This document shows positions 1 through 14,568 of a DNA stretch of 64,000 nt, piece by piece. The first letter of the stretch is position 1, and the number at the start of each line of letters is the position of its first letter. The translations under genes and the position numbers were made by a program. The notes beneath the pieces are model-generated. The model made no database searches. It was given only the letters and a program-made list of their open reading frames with translations, and was not told the origin of the DNA. Source of the DNA: Halocafeteria seosinensis (taxonomy: Eukaryota); the NCBI GenBank assembly GCA_001687465.1, contig LVLI01000006.1, positions 124,001 through 188,000 of the forward strand, given 5' to 3'.

Positions 1-1
1 T

Positions 2-2470
2 GCCCCGCCGCGTCATCGAGATGCGTTGAGGAGGAACAACTCCGCGAGCTTAAAGACGTCGGAAGGAGCCAGTTTGCTAGGAAGTTTGAGTTTAGTCAAT
101 GAAAAGAGCCTCTTAGAAGTCAATCGAACGAAGATTGCACGTTCTTCGAGTGAGATGGTCGTGTCTCTGTCGTCGTTGTACGATGGGGAAAATACGACAC
201 CATTACCTCGATTAGTTACAGAATGGCACATTGGCACCGAGTCCCCGACCCCTGTTGTTGGCAGCTATCTTGATACCGCTAACGACGACGATGCCGGGCG
301 TTTGGGAAGCTCTCTTTCCGGATGCTTTCCGTCGGATACTAGGGTGTCTGGTCCGACTGATGCTATCGCCGTGGTGGAACTATGGCTACGGAACGTTTCC
401 AACCACGTAGGGGTATTCCATTCGGCGAACGCAAGCACTTTGTCCATGTGCATCCCTGGAATTGTTGCCAATGCAAGTTCATCTGTAACAATGAGTGGGA
501 AGGTTCTAGCAAGACTCCCGCCCCTTTCTGAGAATCGAGTGATTGAACGTGGTACCGAAGCCTACAATGTCGATGGATCAATCAACAGTTTGGTGCAGGT
601 TTTCGCTTTTAGTAGCCGCATGTCGGAAATATCCTCCCATGGCACGTTGTTCAGTATTATCGGTATCGCGGTGGTCTACATGGCCGCTGCGATTATGATG
701 GAGGGGCTCCGCACGGTTGTATGGTGGTCTATGACTCTATGGATTGAGAAGATCAGCAGGTTGGTAGCGCTTGAAAATCACTTACTCATGACACCAGACA
801 AGGTGGTAGTAAGGATTCCAGACTCTTCCAACAGCTATAGTACAGGAGAAATCGAATTTTATTCCCACAGAATACCTGAGGCTCGGCCTCTTACTGCAAC
901 ACTGGAAGTTTCATGGAGCACAGTCCAGGCTTTTTCGGATAAGTATAAGCTTGACTGGAATAACGATATCACACAGGAGTACTGTTCGGAAGCAATGAAG
1001 TACGAATTGTTGCAAAATGCAGCGGAAGCTCTGTCCTGTGTCGTATACGGGTCGAATTCCCACCACAGGAACCGTTTTCGAATAGTGGAAGTTCCCCCAG
1101 GACAGAGTCGGCGACAAAGGGACTGGGACAATATCGGCGAGGAAGTCAATCCTGGCATGGTCGCGTTTGCGCAGGCTCACTTTGCGCGCTTTAGCATCGA
1201 CCAAGAAGATCAGGAAACCGAATCGACTGACGTGACTCTCGTAACTGTTTACGAAGACACCCATGGAACCCTTCCTCTTCAGCGGGATACTATAGCAGTA
1301 TCTCGTCTGCCTCCTGATGACGCCACAGCTAATGCGTGCTGCAAGATTCCCGGTATTCTCTACCGATTCCTCTTCGCATATCCCTTCATTATGATATTTG
1401 GTCTGTCTAGCTGTGTCGCCAGTTACCATTTAGTTGTGTATGTAAGCTGTTACTTGGGTTCTATTGTAAATGGTTTCTTTCTTGGTCATAGAGGCGTATT
1501 ACAGACAGCGGGTGAATTTGCCGTGGGGTTTGCATTGCTGATTGGATTGCTCAACGTTCTGCTTCTAATTTATTTGTCTTCACTTCACTGGATCTCAGCA
1601 AGTCTCCGCTCTGAGTCTCGGTTATTTTTGGGAGTCCTGAATAAACTTCCGAAGACGCTGTCGAAGGCAATACTGCGCTTTTTGTTTCGGTTGTGGAAAA
1701 AAGCGATTCGAGGGTCGTTTCACTTTGACCTCATTGGGGACATCCCGCGAAGGCGCTCAGTGATATCCTTCTTCCAACTTATTGCACTTGCTGCTTTGGA
1801 GCTAGTCGTCATGCCGTTGCTATTCGGATTTACCGCTTTCTTAATAACCGATCCTCTGTTATTCAGTCAGACTTTGAAGGAGGACGTTGTTTCGGAATCC
1901 CCCGTGGAGCTATTGGGATTATTGTTGCAATTATGGTCCCCGGCATTCTTTGGAAAAATTTTAGTCGTCGGATATGCAGTTCGATTATTTTTGGGTGAGA
2001 TTGCGAACACAGGAATACTGGGTGAAGTGCTCTGGAAAACTATGGAAAAGGCTTCAATCCGCTATCTGAGGGTGCAATGTGACACGTTGTGGAGTAGAGC
2101 CTATAAACCAGCCATACAGCTGCTTTTGTGTTTGATCGCTGGACTCATCAGCTGCGTTTTGTCAGTAAGGCTATACTATGAGCGATACTCTACTAGGGCT
2201 ACGACGGCTTGCATCCATGCATGGTTGGATAGTTGGAATGATCTGCAGGGTGTTGCCAACCTTCATCTGACTCAAGGAGCTACGTCTCCGTGCGAGCAAG
2301 AAGCCGAGCTGAGCTGGAGCATATGGTGGTATCGTTTGATTATGGTCACCCAAGTAGCGCTCATTTCACTGCCTTTGTATTTTGATCGACTGAAGCCTGT
2401 GATGAGAGTGATGCACGACGTCCTTTATCGAGAACGGTATCGGGTTACACGTCGGCTGCTAGATGCATGA
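2..2470 (+). CDS. 5'-truncated multi-pass membrane protein with MARCH6/Doa10/SUD1-like C-terminus (ER E3 ligase family)
   Basis: Frame is open from the window edge. Many hydrophobic helices in the C-terminal half. Ends HDVLYRERYRVTRRLLDA, resembling the conserved Doa10/MARCH6 C-terminal element. No RING-CH domain is visible (it would lie upstream of the window). Confidence 0.55.
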   Translation, partial: APPRHRDALRRNNSASLKTSEGASLLGSLSLVNEKSLLEVNRTKIARSSSEMVVSLSSLYDGENTTPLPRLVTEWHIGTESPTPVVGSYLDTANDDDAGRLGSSLSGCFPSDTRVSGPTDAIAVVELWLRNVSNHVGVFHSANASTLSMCIPGIVANASSSVTMSGKVLARLPPLSENRVIERGTEAYNVDGSINSLVQVFAFSSRMSEISSHGTLFSIIGIAVVYMAAAIMMEGLRTVVWWSMTLWIEKISRLVALENHLLMTPDKVVVRIPDSSNSYSTGEIEFYSHRIPEARPLTATLEVSWSTVQAFSDKYKLDWNNDITQEYCSEAMKYELLQNAAEALSCVVYGSNSHHRNRFRIVEVPPGQSRRQRDWDNIGEEVNPGMVAFAQAHFARFSIDQEDQETESTDVTLVTVYEDTHGTLPLQRDTIAVSRLPPDDATANACCKIPGILYRFLFAYPFIMIFGLSSCVASYHLVVYVSCYLGSIVNGFFLGHRGVLQTAGEFAVGFALLIGLLNVLLLIYLSSLHWISASLRSESRLFLGVLNKLPKTLSKAILRFLFRLWKKAIRGSFHFDLIGDIPRRRSVISFFQLIALAALELVVMPLLFGFTAFLITDPLLFSQTLKEDVVSESPVELLGLLLQLWSPAFFGKILVVGYAVRLFLGEIANTGILGEVLWKTMEKASIRYLRVQCDTLWSRAYKPAIQLLLCLIAGLISCVLSVRLYYERYSTRATTACIHAWLDSWNDLQGVANLHLTQGATSPCEQEAELSWSIWWYRLIMVTQVALISLPLYFDRLKPVMRVMHDVLYRERYRVTRRLLDA

Positions 2471-2724
2471 ACACGATGCCGAAATAGCCCCCCTTTTCCT
2501 CAAACGAGTGTGGTGGCAGAAAGAATCTACCTAGCTAGTTATTTCCTACGGCATATTGCAATACGGTGTCCCTTATTATCTAAGCATGTTATTTGAGTTT
2601 CAGGACACCTTACTATCGCCGGTACAGATAAGCGAGTGGATCAACACATCTGTCGGTTTCAAACGGTCTAGTTGTATACGAACTTTTTAATTGGGTTTAA
2701 TGCTAGATGATTTTAGATTATTTG

Positions 2725-3728
2725 CTATCGCTTGCCTTCGCACTCGGCAAAAAATTCCTCCAGATACTGCTCCATGAACTTGTGCCGCACATCGGCGATT
2801 GACTTCCCGGCGGACGTCTTCATACCATCCTTTAGAGTAAGCAGTTTCTGTGTGATTTGATCAAAGCAAGGTTCCATAAAAAGATAAGCATTAGAATATT
2901 GACAGTCATAGTTCCACCAACATACCTCATAGAAATGATTGATGGTAGTTCCATTATCCCGGACATAGCTTTCTTTGGTTAACTGCGTCCTAGGGGGTAT
3001 ATTTGGGTCATGTAGCTTGCGCATTTTGGCCCCTCCGTACGTAAAGCATCGTGCAATACCAATCGCCCCAATAGCATCTAGCCGGTCAGCATCTCTAGTG
3101 ATATTTAGTAGCATGTTTTCAGCATCAGAGTTCTCAGTACCACCCTGTGGACCGCCAGAGCTTCCTTGCTGCACAGAGGCACAGGTGACGTGATGCCCCC
3201 GAAATAAGCAAAAACCTTCACGCAACCTACCAAGCTTTCTTTGAAACCCATTTGCTTGATTGCTTTCAGGATCGACGCAGTCTTGTTGGAATCGTACTTC
3301 TGCGGAAAACATCCAACACGAATTCAAATGGGGTTCCTCCGAAGGTTATCGTGTTTTAACCTCACAATTTCGTTCAGAAAGGTTTCCGCCTTGGACTCAT
3401 CGTCTCCGGGTTTCTTGTACTTATGGTCATCCACATCATGCAGTAATGCGCACACTTGCACCATTTCTTGATCCAGACTTCCAGGTTCACTCGCCTCCAA
3501 CGGTACTCTCTCTTCGCTCGCGATTCGGAGCGCCAGGTTCCGAACGCGGTCCACGTGCTCGTAATCATGGCTGGCATCGTTGTGAGCGAGCTCCTGGCGA
3601 GCGAACGCCTCCGTCTGACGTAAAATAGAGGGGGAACAGAATCAAATCGAAGCACCTTCACATTTGAATTCTGCAGGTGGCCATACCTGGGCAATGATAT
3701 CATCGCTGTTTTCTCCGATATACGACAT
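2725..3728 (-). CDS. HD-domain metal-dependent phosphohydrolase (YpgQ-like), 5 exons
   Basis: Spliced product MSYIGENSDDIIAQ|TEAFARQELAHNDASHDYEHVDRV...ALLHDVDDHKY...DADRLDAIGAIGIARCFTYGG...TINHFYE|KLLTLKDGMKT; all introns GT-AG. Confidence 0.9.
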
Positions 3729-4037
3729 TTTTAACGATGGCACAGTTAGGGTGTATTTCATTCGCTAAGCTTGAGGAAGTGTACTATCAATGCAAATTAC
3801 TCGAAACTTTAATGCCAGAGCCAGTCGTATAGCTAAACTTAACTTCACAAACAACAACGCGAACTTCGCGAAGTGAACAATCCTTCAGGTTGTAAGCACA
3901 ACTTGCAACTATCCGAGTACATTGACAGCCTGTAACAAGGTACCTGTCTCGTGTTTATGACAGCGCAAACATCAAGACTCTACAATGCACAGGATCATCT
4001 TAACCAGCTTTATGTCTGCCGTGAGGAGTTGCAATTC

Positions 4038-7000
4038 CTAGCTTGTACTGGTTCCTGTCTGACGGCGACGCTTCTGAGCACTGCTCCCCCGAGAAGCAGC
4101 TTTAGACTTTGACCGTTTTTTAGAAGACTTAGAGGCTCGCTTCGTGCCAGCAACAGGGGTGACCACTGTATCAGTTTCGGATACGTCCCTTTCATTCGCG
4201 CAGCGTGTATCAGTGTTACCGGTGGTAGGAGCAAAGCACAGCCTCCAGAGTTCACGCTTTGCTTTGGAATATGAGGGACAGTCGCCAAGGCTAGACGCCT
4301 GTTCTCCAAGACAGAGAGACGCTAGCTCTATGAGAGTCCGCTCCCACCAATCTTTGGTAGCAATGTTCCACCCGCACTCTGCGGCTTCCTGAGCTGACCT
4401 CTCATTCAGTAATATGGCACAGTAATTGCATATTTCAGCGGAGTTAGCTGCAAGTTTGCTACTCTCTCTACATCGGATCAACACGTGCTGACACAGTCTT
4501 CCCGTGTACAAAAGAACATCAAGTTTCTTGTGCATACCGACCATTGCAATACTACTCTCTACAAATTGGATGCAAAATTCCATCGCTTGAACCAACATCC
4601 GGGCCAACGACTCCACTGAAAGTATGTCCACACGTCCATAGCGAACGTACATCACCCTCGCCCACTCGGTTCGAAGTGTGATCATCCTGCAAAAGGAATA
4701 CTGCACTTGCAGTAGAGCGGGACTCCCTATAAAGTGCTGCTGGTTCTTCAACTGCTTGATTGATTCAAACAACGCATCAATCGATTCCTCTGAAATCTCG
4801 TTTTGTGGAACATTTACCACTTCGTCATCTTCAGTTCGCGAATCTTCGCCAGCGACTGTGTCGATTCGCAAAAATAACGACATTATGTTTGTGGTAGTGG
4901 ATTCACAAGCAATTGCTAAAGTCCATCCATGTGTATGAGCAGAAATATCTAAGACCAAATTAATGAGCCACAATACAACGATTCCATTATCTTTTTGGCC
5001 AGCCTGTACCTTTTCTTGGTCTTTCAAATCCGAAACCAAACGTGTTACTCTCTCTAGGACGAGACAGAAGTCACATCCTAGTCCCGCACATCTTCTAGCC
5101 ATAGCAGGCCAACCTTGTAGTAGCAGATTACCAGGAGGAGGCACTGGGCTTCGCCGAGGCTCTGATAGGCCAGCGTAGGTAGACTCTCGTTGCTGCACAG
5201 AGTAAATAGAAGACTCATACACGGCCTTTAGCGAGTCCAACAATACTCCTACGTCCTCCAAAGTCAAATCGCTATCCATCTCTTTATTCGAAAACGCCGT
5301 AAGCGAATTGTTAACGAAGGCTAGGTATCCCAGACGACGCCATAGTGGCACACTGCAGACTCCGTACCTGAAAGCTGATGCACCGCTTTCATCAGTGTCA
5401 TCCATCTCCGTTTGCTCCTCAGATGTCGCAGTATCATCGTTTGATCTGCTGCCTGAGCAATTACCTTCTTGGTGCGGGTGCTGTGAAACGACATTACCGG
5501 CGTTGTCTCCAACAGAAGAGCCCGTTTCTACAGAAGAACCCGTTTCTTCATGTGTCGCACCCGATACATAGGATACACGCACATTACAAGCACGCCTTAT
5601 GATAAATAAAATCATTTTTCTTGCGTGGTGGTCCAGGAAAGGGAAATTGAGATAGCCAAGCAACATGGACAAGCCGTAACGCTTTTCCAGAGCATTGAAA
5701 TCGGCTGTTGAGTGCAGTCCTCTGCTTAACACTGTCAGCATGAAGGAACGCTCGGGACGAGGATTAAAACTCGAGGAATGGAGGCAAGACAGGAACAGTG
5801 GTATGTCTCGCAAGTCCAGTTCGCCCTCTCGTCGACTCAGCAGAAACTTATTGACTGAGGGATACATCGCATGATTGGACTTAAGCTGAACGTGGACAGC
5901 TTCCGCTAGGAAACAGCAAATAATTGCTGGCAGACGCTGGAATGCTTTTCCCACGGAATTTCGCAAAACATCCAAAACGAGCAGGACTTGAGGACGTTCA
6001 CGAAACCCTTGGATTTTGTCCGTCTCTATGCTAGTTGCATACGCTCCCACAATTCCGTAAGCTAGCTGTCGAATTGACAAACGGGAGGAGCTCAAACACA
6101 TGAGGACATACCCAAGAGACCCACTGGAGGCAAATTTGCGAGGCATCGGGGAGCTGGCTGATAGGAAATGAGCAATAGCAGGCAAAAGGAAACTGGGATC
6201 ATAGACTCGTCGACGTACCGCAATCCAAGACATTGAAGATCGTTGGAGAGCGGTCCTATGTTTTGCGGAATAGCACATTGCAAAAGCCTGCGAAGCAGAC
6301 ACATTCGGCAATGCCATCACCCCTATGTTGTCACTATGATTTACGTGGGACGGGCATTGGAACACAAGCGTATCCTTCAATGAAATTGCACCGTTCAAGT
6401 CTGCGACAACGCACGCATTGTTTTTTTCTTCATGAGAATACAGGCTGAGAGAATCCAAAAACACATTGCCCGTGCAGTCCGCGCGACTGCCTCCCAGTTC
6501 AAACAGTTGATCAGGTTCGAGATCAGAAAATCGCTGCAAGTTGCCATGTGAAGTCTCATAAACGTCTCTGTAAGAAGGGAAATGGCTTATAGATTCGTGA
6601 ATGCGGCTTGGCTGCAATCCGCATTCTGCTACTGGCATTTGGACTACCGCATTACCCTCGGGACACGCATTCCATGCATCTTGTCCAACGGAGGACTCCT
6701 CTTGGGTGTTACTAAGAAGCCATTCGTAGTTCTTGTTCAGCGTTTGTCCTTTACTGCGCAGCGACTTTTGGTAAAATTGTTTCACACACTCTTGCCTTAC
6801 CCGTTGCTTTTGACTCCCCACGGTGTCCGGAGCATTACAAACACTTTCAGGAATTCCTCCGATGCTGCGCAACTTGCTGGATAAGAGAGTATCCCATGTA
6901 CCGGTCTGGTGCTCTTTCGTGTACTTGGAAGCTAATTTTGCAATATCCGACCACGAAACATGACTTATAGCCGCAGCAGACCAGCTATACTGAAAATGCC

Positions 7001-10000
7001 CCGGATGAGCCCCCTGTTCTTCAAAGAGACTGATTACGTCGCGGATTCTTATATCAAATTCGCTCAGGGATGCTTGGTACCGCAAAAGAAATACAGGCAA
7101 CAAGCACGGAACAGCCAGGGACACATCTTTCCGGATAACGAAGTCCATGAATTCAAGGACGGACTGAGCTGGCACTTTGGCGATGGGAAGTGCTGCCCAA
7201 GAGCGAGAGGCATGCATCGCTTTTGTTCCCTTCGCCAAAGCGCATTCCGACAATAACACGTAGCGCTTTGTTGCCGAAGTGCTCCCGGAAATTGTGGGCG
7301 GGGAGTAAGACGACGTGGTGGGATATCCATTTAAAAGAATTGACGGCAGTAGCGGTTGTTGTAGCACGAACGAGAGAGCGACAGGCGCGCTCAGTGAAGT
7401 AACCTGTTGCTCCATCAGAAGCCTTGATAGTTCTAACAGCAACGTTACGGTGCCTCTGGGAAGACCGTGAATCTTCGGCTGGGAGAAATCATATATCTCA
7501 GGACACAGGCAAGAAACAGCGATTGCTACTAAGGCAAACCCGTCGCATGCGTTGGCCAAACGCACAGATTCCTTGACGCAGTGGGAAAACATCGAAGAAT
7601 GAGCAAGCTGCCAGAGACAATGTAATGTTGAAATCAAACCGGCTCCATCTGCTAAGGAGTGTTCTACCTGAATCTCCCGAGGAGCATTTACACTCATCCC
7701 CAAGAACTTGCCCAAAGAAATTATACTCCGTTGTACAGTAAACATCAGAAAAGGGAGAGCCGTATCTACATCCGCCGCATTGAGCTGACGGCAACACTGA
7801 ATCCCTGCAAAATACAAAGCAGAGTTACCATAAGTGTTTTCTATGGATGCAGATGTTACTAAACTGCTGATTCTTGTCATCCAACGCTTTGCGTCCTCCA
7901 ACGTTGCAGGTAATCGAAATACCGTGCAGATGGAGACTTGCAGTTTCTGGACGAATGCTTGTTTCAAACGCCCACCACTATGAAGAGTAGCAGTAGGCAT
8001 CAATGACAGGGCGTAGGAGATATTTACAGCCAACTCTTGAGTATCCGTATCGATGCCAGATGATAAAGATGTGTCAAGCATGAAACGCACAAGCGTTTTG
8101 ACAACGTCGACAGTACCTTCCGTCTCGGCTTGCAAAAACTTTTGCAACTTCTGCACGCTCACAGTATCCTTGTACTTGACTCTCGCGGTGAACACAGATG
8201 CTTCTACTAGAGGACAACGTTCGCAGAGGTACAACATAATAAACCCATCCGTTAATGCGGCGGAGATCGACGTCTCACAGTTTAGTATGTCCTCGCAGCA
8301 CTGTCGAAACAAAGAACCCGTTTCACCAAGAAGTCGTCGACTACAGAATAGTTTGCAGAAGTCATCACTCGGCTGTGTCCACAGGAGCGCTAAATTTTGA
8401 CGTATCGTTTGCACGTCGTAGTCCTGGAAACTTCGAGACAAACTAGCGCAGGTGATAACCGTGCGAAGATGCTCAAAAGTAAGACAGGAAACCAAATTAG
8501 ATTTACCCCTCTTGAGTAGTGAGCTTTCTGTTGGCAGAAGCAAAGTCTTGCATAATGTCGCGGCCAAGGCGGTAGGGTATTTATGGTCCAGGAGGCACTG
8601 ACACAGGCGCTCTACGAGAGGTACAGGAGATAATTTTAGAAGCATTCCCACTGACCTCCCAAGGGATTCTGAGAAGATTTCCTGTTGCTGTCTCGTTCCC
8701 ATCAATAGCAATTCTCTAAGTTGGCTCACTGCTAATGCGAGCAAGTCTTCGATGACTCTTGGCTGTTCATTCCACCAGACTACCCACATATGTGACACGT
8801 TTCCTTCATTGCCCGTTTGATTCGTCCGCACACAGGCGCTCCGCTCAACAACCTGCAAGACAAGCAAAATCTCCTCAATCGTCAGGTCATGGAGTACTGC
8901 TGATGACCCTTGCATTGTTGCCAAGCACTTAAGAACCCGAGGAAGAGCCTGGTTAGAGTCAACACTTAATCCTTCTCGTGGTTCACGAAGCTTCATGTAA
9001 TCGGCATGTAGCATAGCATCCGAGAAATATAGGCCCCTTCCGTCGAGGAGGTGGGTAATCTTGCAGACTAGCCCGAAGCAATGCCGACGTACTTCTCGCG
9101 TACAGGTTGGCTTCTCACTGATACTCTGTGTTGCAGTAGCGACACCTAATATAGACCTGGCAGCGCTTCTAGTCCTGTCGGCTAAGTATACCACTACACT
9201 CTTGCGGACTGTGTGCTTGCTACAATTCTGACGCAGCACCGCTCCCAAAATTTGACCTAAACATGAGATGGCCTCCTCTTCCGAAATGTGAGAGAACGCC
9301 GCATAGTAATGGCGGGCGAGAGTACTGGCCGCAATCTGAGCCATGATCCTCTCGTTTCGCTGTTCCTCCCTAGAAAAGTCCCTTAAAGCGTTTGCCATGG
9401 CAAATGAAGCGGGCAACAGATCAAGAACAGCGGCTAGAAACGTGATATCATCATTGCAGCCAATTGCTACAGAGTCTGTCAGTATATTCGAAGAGTCCTT
9501 CCCAGTTGCTACTGCACCTTCCAAATAGTAGCAACGCCAAAGTAGCCAATCCATCTTTTCAGCTCTCTTGGTAACCTTGGCCATCGCCTCTGGTGTCTTC
9601 CCTGACTTCGTTACGTTGGTGCTGTTGAACATACAAATATTAGGCTTCTCTGCCAGTTTATCCGGACCCATATGAAGCTGTAATGTGGCTGACAAGCAAC
9701 CGTGAACATTGAGTTCATCAGCAGTGACCTTCGCCACCTGCATAGCTTCTCTCATCAGTCCAGTCACGGTATCCTTCAGTTGATCTGGACAAGACGTCAA
9801 AATCCTATGTAAAATAAAGCTCACGTAACTCACGACGGAGGGCACTCGTGCAGAAGCAAAGATGTCTCCAGAAACATTCGATGTGGACCCTTCTCTCAGC
9901 TTTTTGTTGCTCAGAGAATAGGCAACTAAGCTAAAAGCGATCACTGTCATTAATGGTATACGCTTTAGATCCGAGTGAAATATACGGCGTGGCATACAGC

Positions 10001-13000
10001 TTCTAATTATTCCCAAAAAGTTGGTCGTTTCTTCAAACAATCCTCTGACCAAGAACAGCAAGAAATCAGTCATAGGCTTAACTTCCACCGAAAAGTTGGA
10101 ATCACCAAACGGGCCAGAACTCATTAGTGTAGTATGCGGAGGTATAAGACATTCCAGCCACATATCCAGTTCACTTAGCCCTGGTAAGTCCGCGAATTCG
10201 GGTGGCAAGTTTGTCAAACTAAGGTTTACTTCAGTAAACACGCGGCTACAACGGAGGGCGAGTTTTGCAACTTGAAATGCGGCTTTCCGAACGTCATCGT
10301 TCCTCGTGCCAATCATCGTGTCTAGCGACTGGGAGAGTACTGAGGGGATCTTATCAGCTTGCAATCCTTTCGACCTCTCTTTGCGAGACAGTAGCGACTG
10401 TGTGTTAACCGGAAGGACAAAAAATGATAAAATAGTAGATGGAGCGACCTTCGTCGCTTCTTCATGTTGTAGTGCAAGCGCCATCTGAGAAACTGAGTGT
10501 GCCATGTGGTCAGTCAAATACGGCACTTCCGTCAGACATGCTTCTTGTAACAGCTGCAGTGTCTGATATTGAACCGGATGCGGCATGCTCGGAAGAAGGA
10601 GACCCTTCGAGGTATTAAGGAGTAGCAGTCCAAGCATATCAAATTTGTGTTCAGAGAATATACCGGGACATACTAATGCATAAAGACGCACCATGGTGAT
10701 CCAACGCGCGTATATAACCATCCACTCTGCCTCTGAGGGGTTTGTGCTTTCTTCATCCGCATCAATGGACTTGAGTATTGTGGCTCGCAGATGCACCACC
10801 GTGGAAAATTCGGGGAGGAAGGAGCGTATGTTTCGGCTAATACAAGATCGAAAACCCTGCACTAGCATCCCATTAACTCTTTCGGCAAGCATGCGCGCCG
10901 TGTCAACAAAGGTCGTTGGATCTTCAGCAAATAGGTTCTGAAGGAGTATGGCACTAAGCCGTTCACTGCTGTTGTTTACCCTCTTCTCAACTGAGTCCCG
11001 GACGGACTTCAATTTCGACAAAATCCCTATCAACATTTCGATAGTAGTGAACTTCACTTTAGAATCCTGGTGAAGTATTCCTTTCGTCACAACCGTCCTG
11101 TTCACCGTAGACGGAATAACCTTGCTGCAAACATGGCAACCAATAGTTCCGATTTCTTCAGCAAAATCGTTCGCCACATGTTGCCCAACGGCGTGTCCAA
11201 ACGCCTGTTGCGAAAGTGTGCTATCTCCTTTGTAGTTCCGGTATTCATCACTAACCCTTTTCACAATTTTTGTAGCTACCTCGTTGCAATTGAAAAAGGA
11301 AGACTTCGCAAATGTTTCCTGAACATCTTCTCCAGGGAGCATTAGAACATCCCGAAAAAAATCCACCGCCTTGTACCACAAGTCACTGGGCCGCGGCTCT
11401 AACGAGTACGAAAATGATTGAAGGAACACCTGTGACAAAATTGGATGACGTCCCAACAACTCAAATATCAATTTGCGCTGTAAAGGATCTGCCAAGGGGC
11501 TTAACGTTTTCATAAACTTCTGTGCTTCCTTGACACTGGGAGGAAATGAGTACTCCTTAACCCGGCCATCATCCGCTTCAGCTGTACTCGAGTCATTCCA
11601 TAGCCGTATTTCCCCAGAGCCCGGGTGCGCAAAGAGCCCGCCATTTCTAATGCTTTTATCCTTTTCGTCTTTTAATTGACGAGCCTTTGAGGTAGCCGTT
11701 TCACCCACTACGACACGGTTCATAAACGAATGTGTTAATTGACGAACTATGGGTTGATTACTGATGTCCTTAGCTAGGAGGATCGGTATATTCCAGCTGA
11801 CACATTCATAAATTTCCTTTTCATAATCTGCTGTATTCACTTTCGCGTTCCCGCTGGGGAGACAAGGAGTTAGCGGTGCTCGTCGATCATAGCACTGGAC
11901 CACACACTTCAACGTGGAACTGCCAAACGCGTCCAAGAGAGTCTTACGTGAAACCTTGGTGAAATAGTAGAAAAGAGAATTTAGAGACGTGCCGAGCACT
12001 TCTCTTATCACTGTCGGATGGTCCTTGTAGAGTGAACAAAACACCTTTGGTAGGAAAGAGGGGCACCCTAAGACCTCATGAATTATGTCCCCCGTCCCAC
12101 ACTCAAGCATCCTCATGGCAAATCTGACGAACCAGCTTCGTACGTCATCACCGGGAGGTCCTCCCCCTGTTCCCGTAAGGGACTTTGCTTCGTTGGTCTT
12201 CCCCGATTTAGACTTCGACGCGGTGTGCACAGAATGCAAAGTATTCTTTGCTTCTTTGTTACTCAAGTTCTTGCCATGAACCGGTGTTTTCATTTTTGAT
12301 ATAGATTCCCATCCTTTGAAGTCAAGCTTAATCCTCTGCTGTACATCCCTAGTTTCAGAAGGCCCAAGATGGACAATGTTCGCCAATAATCTTGTCACCG
12401 AACGAATGAGACGCGGACTACTGCTTCCCAAAGCACTATAAATGTGCTTCGCAAAATCCTTCAGAATTTTCCTGGCTAATTTGACTGCAACATTTCGAGG
12501 TCCAAATTGAATAAGCGTACCCAAGACCTCGGGTAACCCAGCAGCAAGTCTTGACGTATTTCCCTGTAAACGTCGGCAACATCAACGTGACTTCACAAAA
12601 TCCCACACCGCCATATACGCATTCACGATGATGTAGGAAAAGTTAGACGCACCTTTTCTAAGTTTCCCCAGATCTGCAGGATGTCTGCACATTCCGGTGA
12701 TTCCTCTATGTACTGCTTTAACAAGCCAATTGGCTGGTGTTGGATTCTCGGCAGACTGCTCAGCCAATCGTGGCGGACGTATTGCTTCCACACCTCCTCA
12801 TTGGAGGCAGCGTGCTTCGCGTACTGCTTGACGATAGTATCGTTAGCGACGAACAAACCTATAGCCACATCGTGTGAGTTTTCAGCGTTCATGTACTTGA
12901 TAAATGCATCGAAAGAGAGTTCCTCCTCAACTTGAGGTCGTTCCACTTGCTCTTCGTCTTCAGGTGGCCCCTCCTCCTGAACAATGGTGTCATCGTTGTT

Positions 13001-13009
13001 CTCCTCCAT
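4038..13009 (-). CDS. URB1: URB1/Npa1 nucleolar pre-ribosomal-associated protein 1
   Basis: About 2950 aa in two exons (intron near 12565-12652). N-terminal Npa1-like region (DDVRSWFVRFAMRML) and C-terminal NopRA1-like region (VYDPSFLLP...YPSVNKFLL...DIPLF...ERSFML). Basic NLS-like tail. Confidence 0.85.
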
Positions 13010-13266
13010 TTCTTATTCTTCTTTCCAACCCTATGAAAACATGAAATCGCAGGTGATACAACACCTGAAACAACACAGTACCAATGGTGTCACTGGATTG
13101 TTGAAGTTGCAAACTATGGGAAAAGATTGACGTGTCGAGAGCGTGATCCACCCTGAATCATTCTGAATGGCATACCACGGACTTGTCAAGTGACATTTTG
13201 AGCTCCACCGTTGAATAGAGATATGCCTTGATTTCGGAGTAAGTGGAGGCGGATTGATGGATGGAA

Positions 13267-14029
13267 ATGTCGCACGACTGGACCAAAATTTATCAGACGG
13301 CAGCCACGTTAGCGGTACGTGAATGAACTCCATGTTGCTGCATGATGACCAGTGTGTCGTATATTTCTTTCCGCTCTTCTATTGGCTTTCTTTCAGGACG
13401 AAGATGAAAATGCCAACGAGGAAGAAAAACAGTTCCAGAAGCAAGCACCTCAAGTGCCTCATGACAATCCCTTCGCGGGTTGTGACCACGACCATACAGA
13501 AGAGCGCAGGATCTTTGAATTACCAACTTCGGAAAAATTGAACCTGTGTATGCGTTATAAGAATTTGGGCAATCTGTATTCTCGTGAGGGACAGTTCGAG
13601 CGAGCTCAGATCCGATATCAACAATCGCTTATATACTACGAATACATCCTCTCTGATACAGACGAAGAAGAAAAGCAAGCTGAAGAGGTGCGAATTCAGT
13701 GCCTCGCCAATATGGCTATATGCTGTCTACAACTAGGACAGTTTAGGAAAACTATCGAACTGTGTTCTCAAGCCCTAAAACCGGAACTGGAGGATTCCCT
13801 GCTCGTCAAAGTGTTGTATCGACGAGCACAAGCGTACAGACACTTGGGAGAGTACGAAAACAGTGCAGCAGATTTACGGCAAGCACTAACTGTTAGCCCA
13901 AGTTCTAAGACTCTGCAACAAGAAATAGAACTCTTACGGATGGAGAGCGCCTTCCATAGAAAGCAGCAGCAAGAACTAGCACACAAAGTATTCGGCAGTG
14001 GCGGTAAGCAGGAGGCTGTTGAGAGCTGA
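13267..14029 (+). CDS. TPR-repeat co-chaperone-like protein (FKBP/TTC9-type TPR), 2 exons
   Basis: Three TPR motifs (YKNLGNLYSREGQFERA; CLANMAICCLQLGQF; VKVLYRRAQAYRHLGEY). Short first exon MSHDWTKIYQTAATLA precedes a GTACGT donor; the start is inferred. Confidence 0.8.
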
Positions 14030-14568
14030 GCTAGCAAGCATTGTAATGCGTTGGGAAATATTCGAAGGATCTATTTGCCTAGTTGTGACGCTCTATATAC
14101 GTGCATGAATGTACACAATGAGAGGTTACTACCAGTTGGTAGTATAAAGCACGAGCAGTGCATAATGAGCGGATACGGCGAAATACGCATTCTGAGAAAG
14201 CTGTTGCACGGAGTACTCACATTATGAACCATGGGGAAACATACCGAGCCCAGGCCTAGGGAGGAGGCGTATTCTCTGTCGTACAAGCCAGTGAAATGCT
14301 GTCCAAGATCCAAGATATTTAAGCGTCGGTAGGCGATAACGATGAACTTCACGGACTACCGTCTGACTTCAAGGAGCACACCGTCTTCAACTTCGTAAAA
14401 TATACATAGCAATGCCCGACTACATGGTTTGTCTGAGTGAGTTTCTAATGTGTAGTGTGCTTAATATGTTTTTGTTCCGCATGTGGACACCGTAGAACGC
14501 TCTGTCTTAAAGCACCGGGTGGGTTAGATGTGGCCATTTGCTTCAGCAGCCTCGAATATAATCGGGCC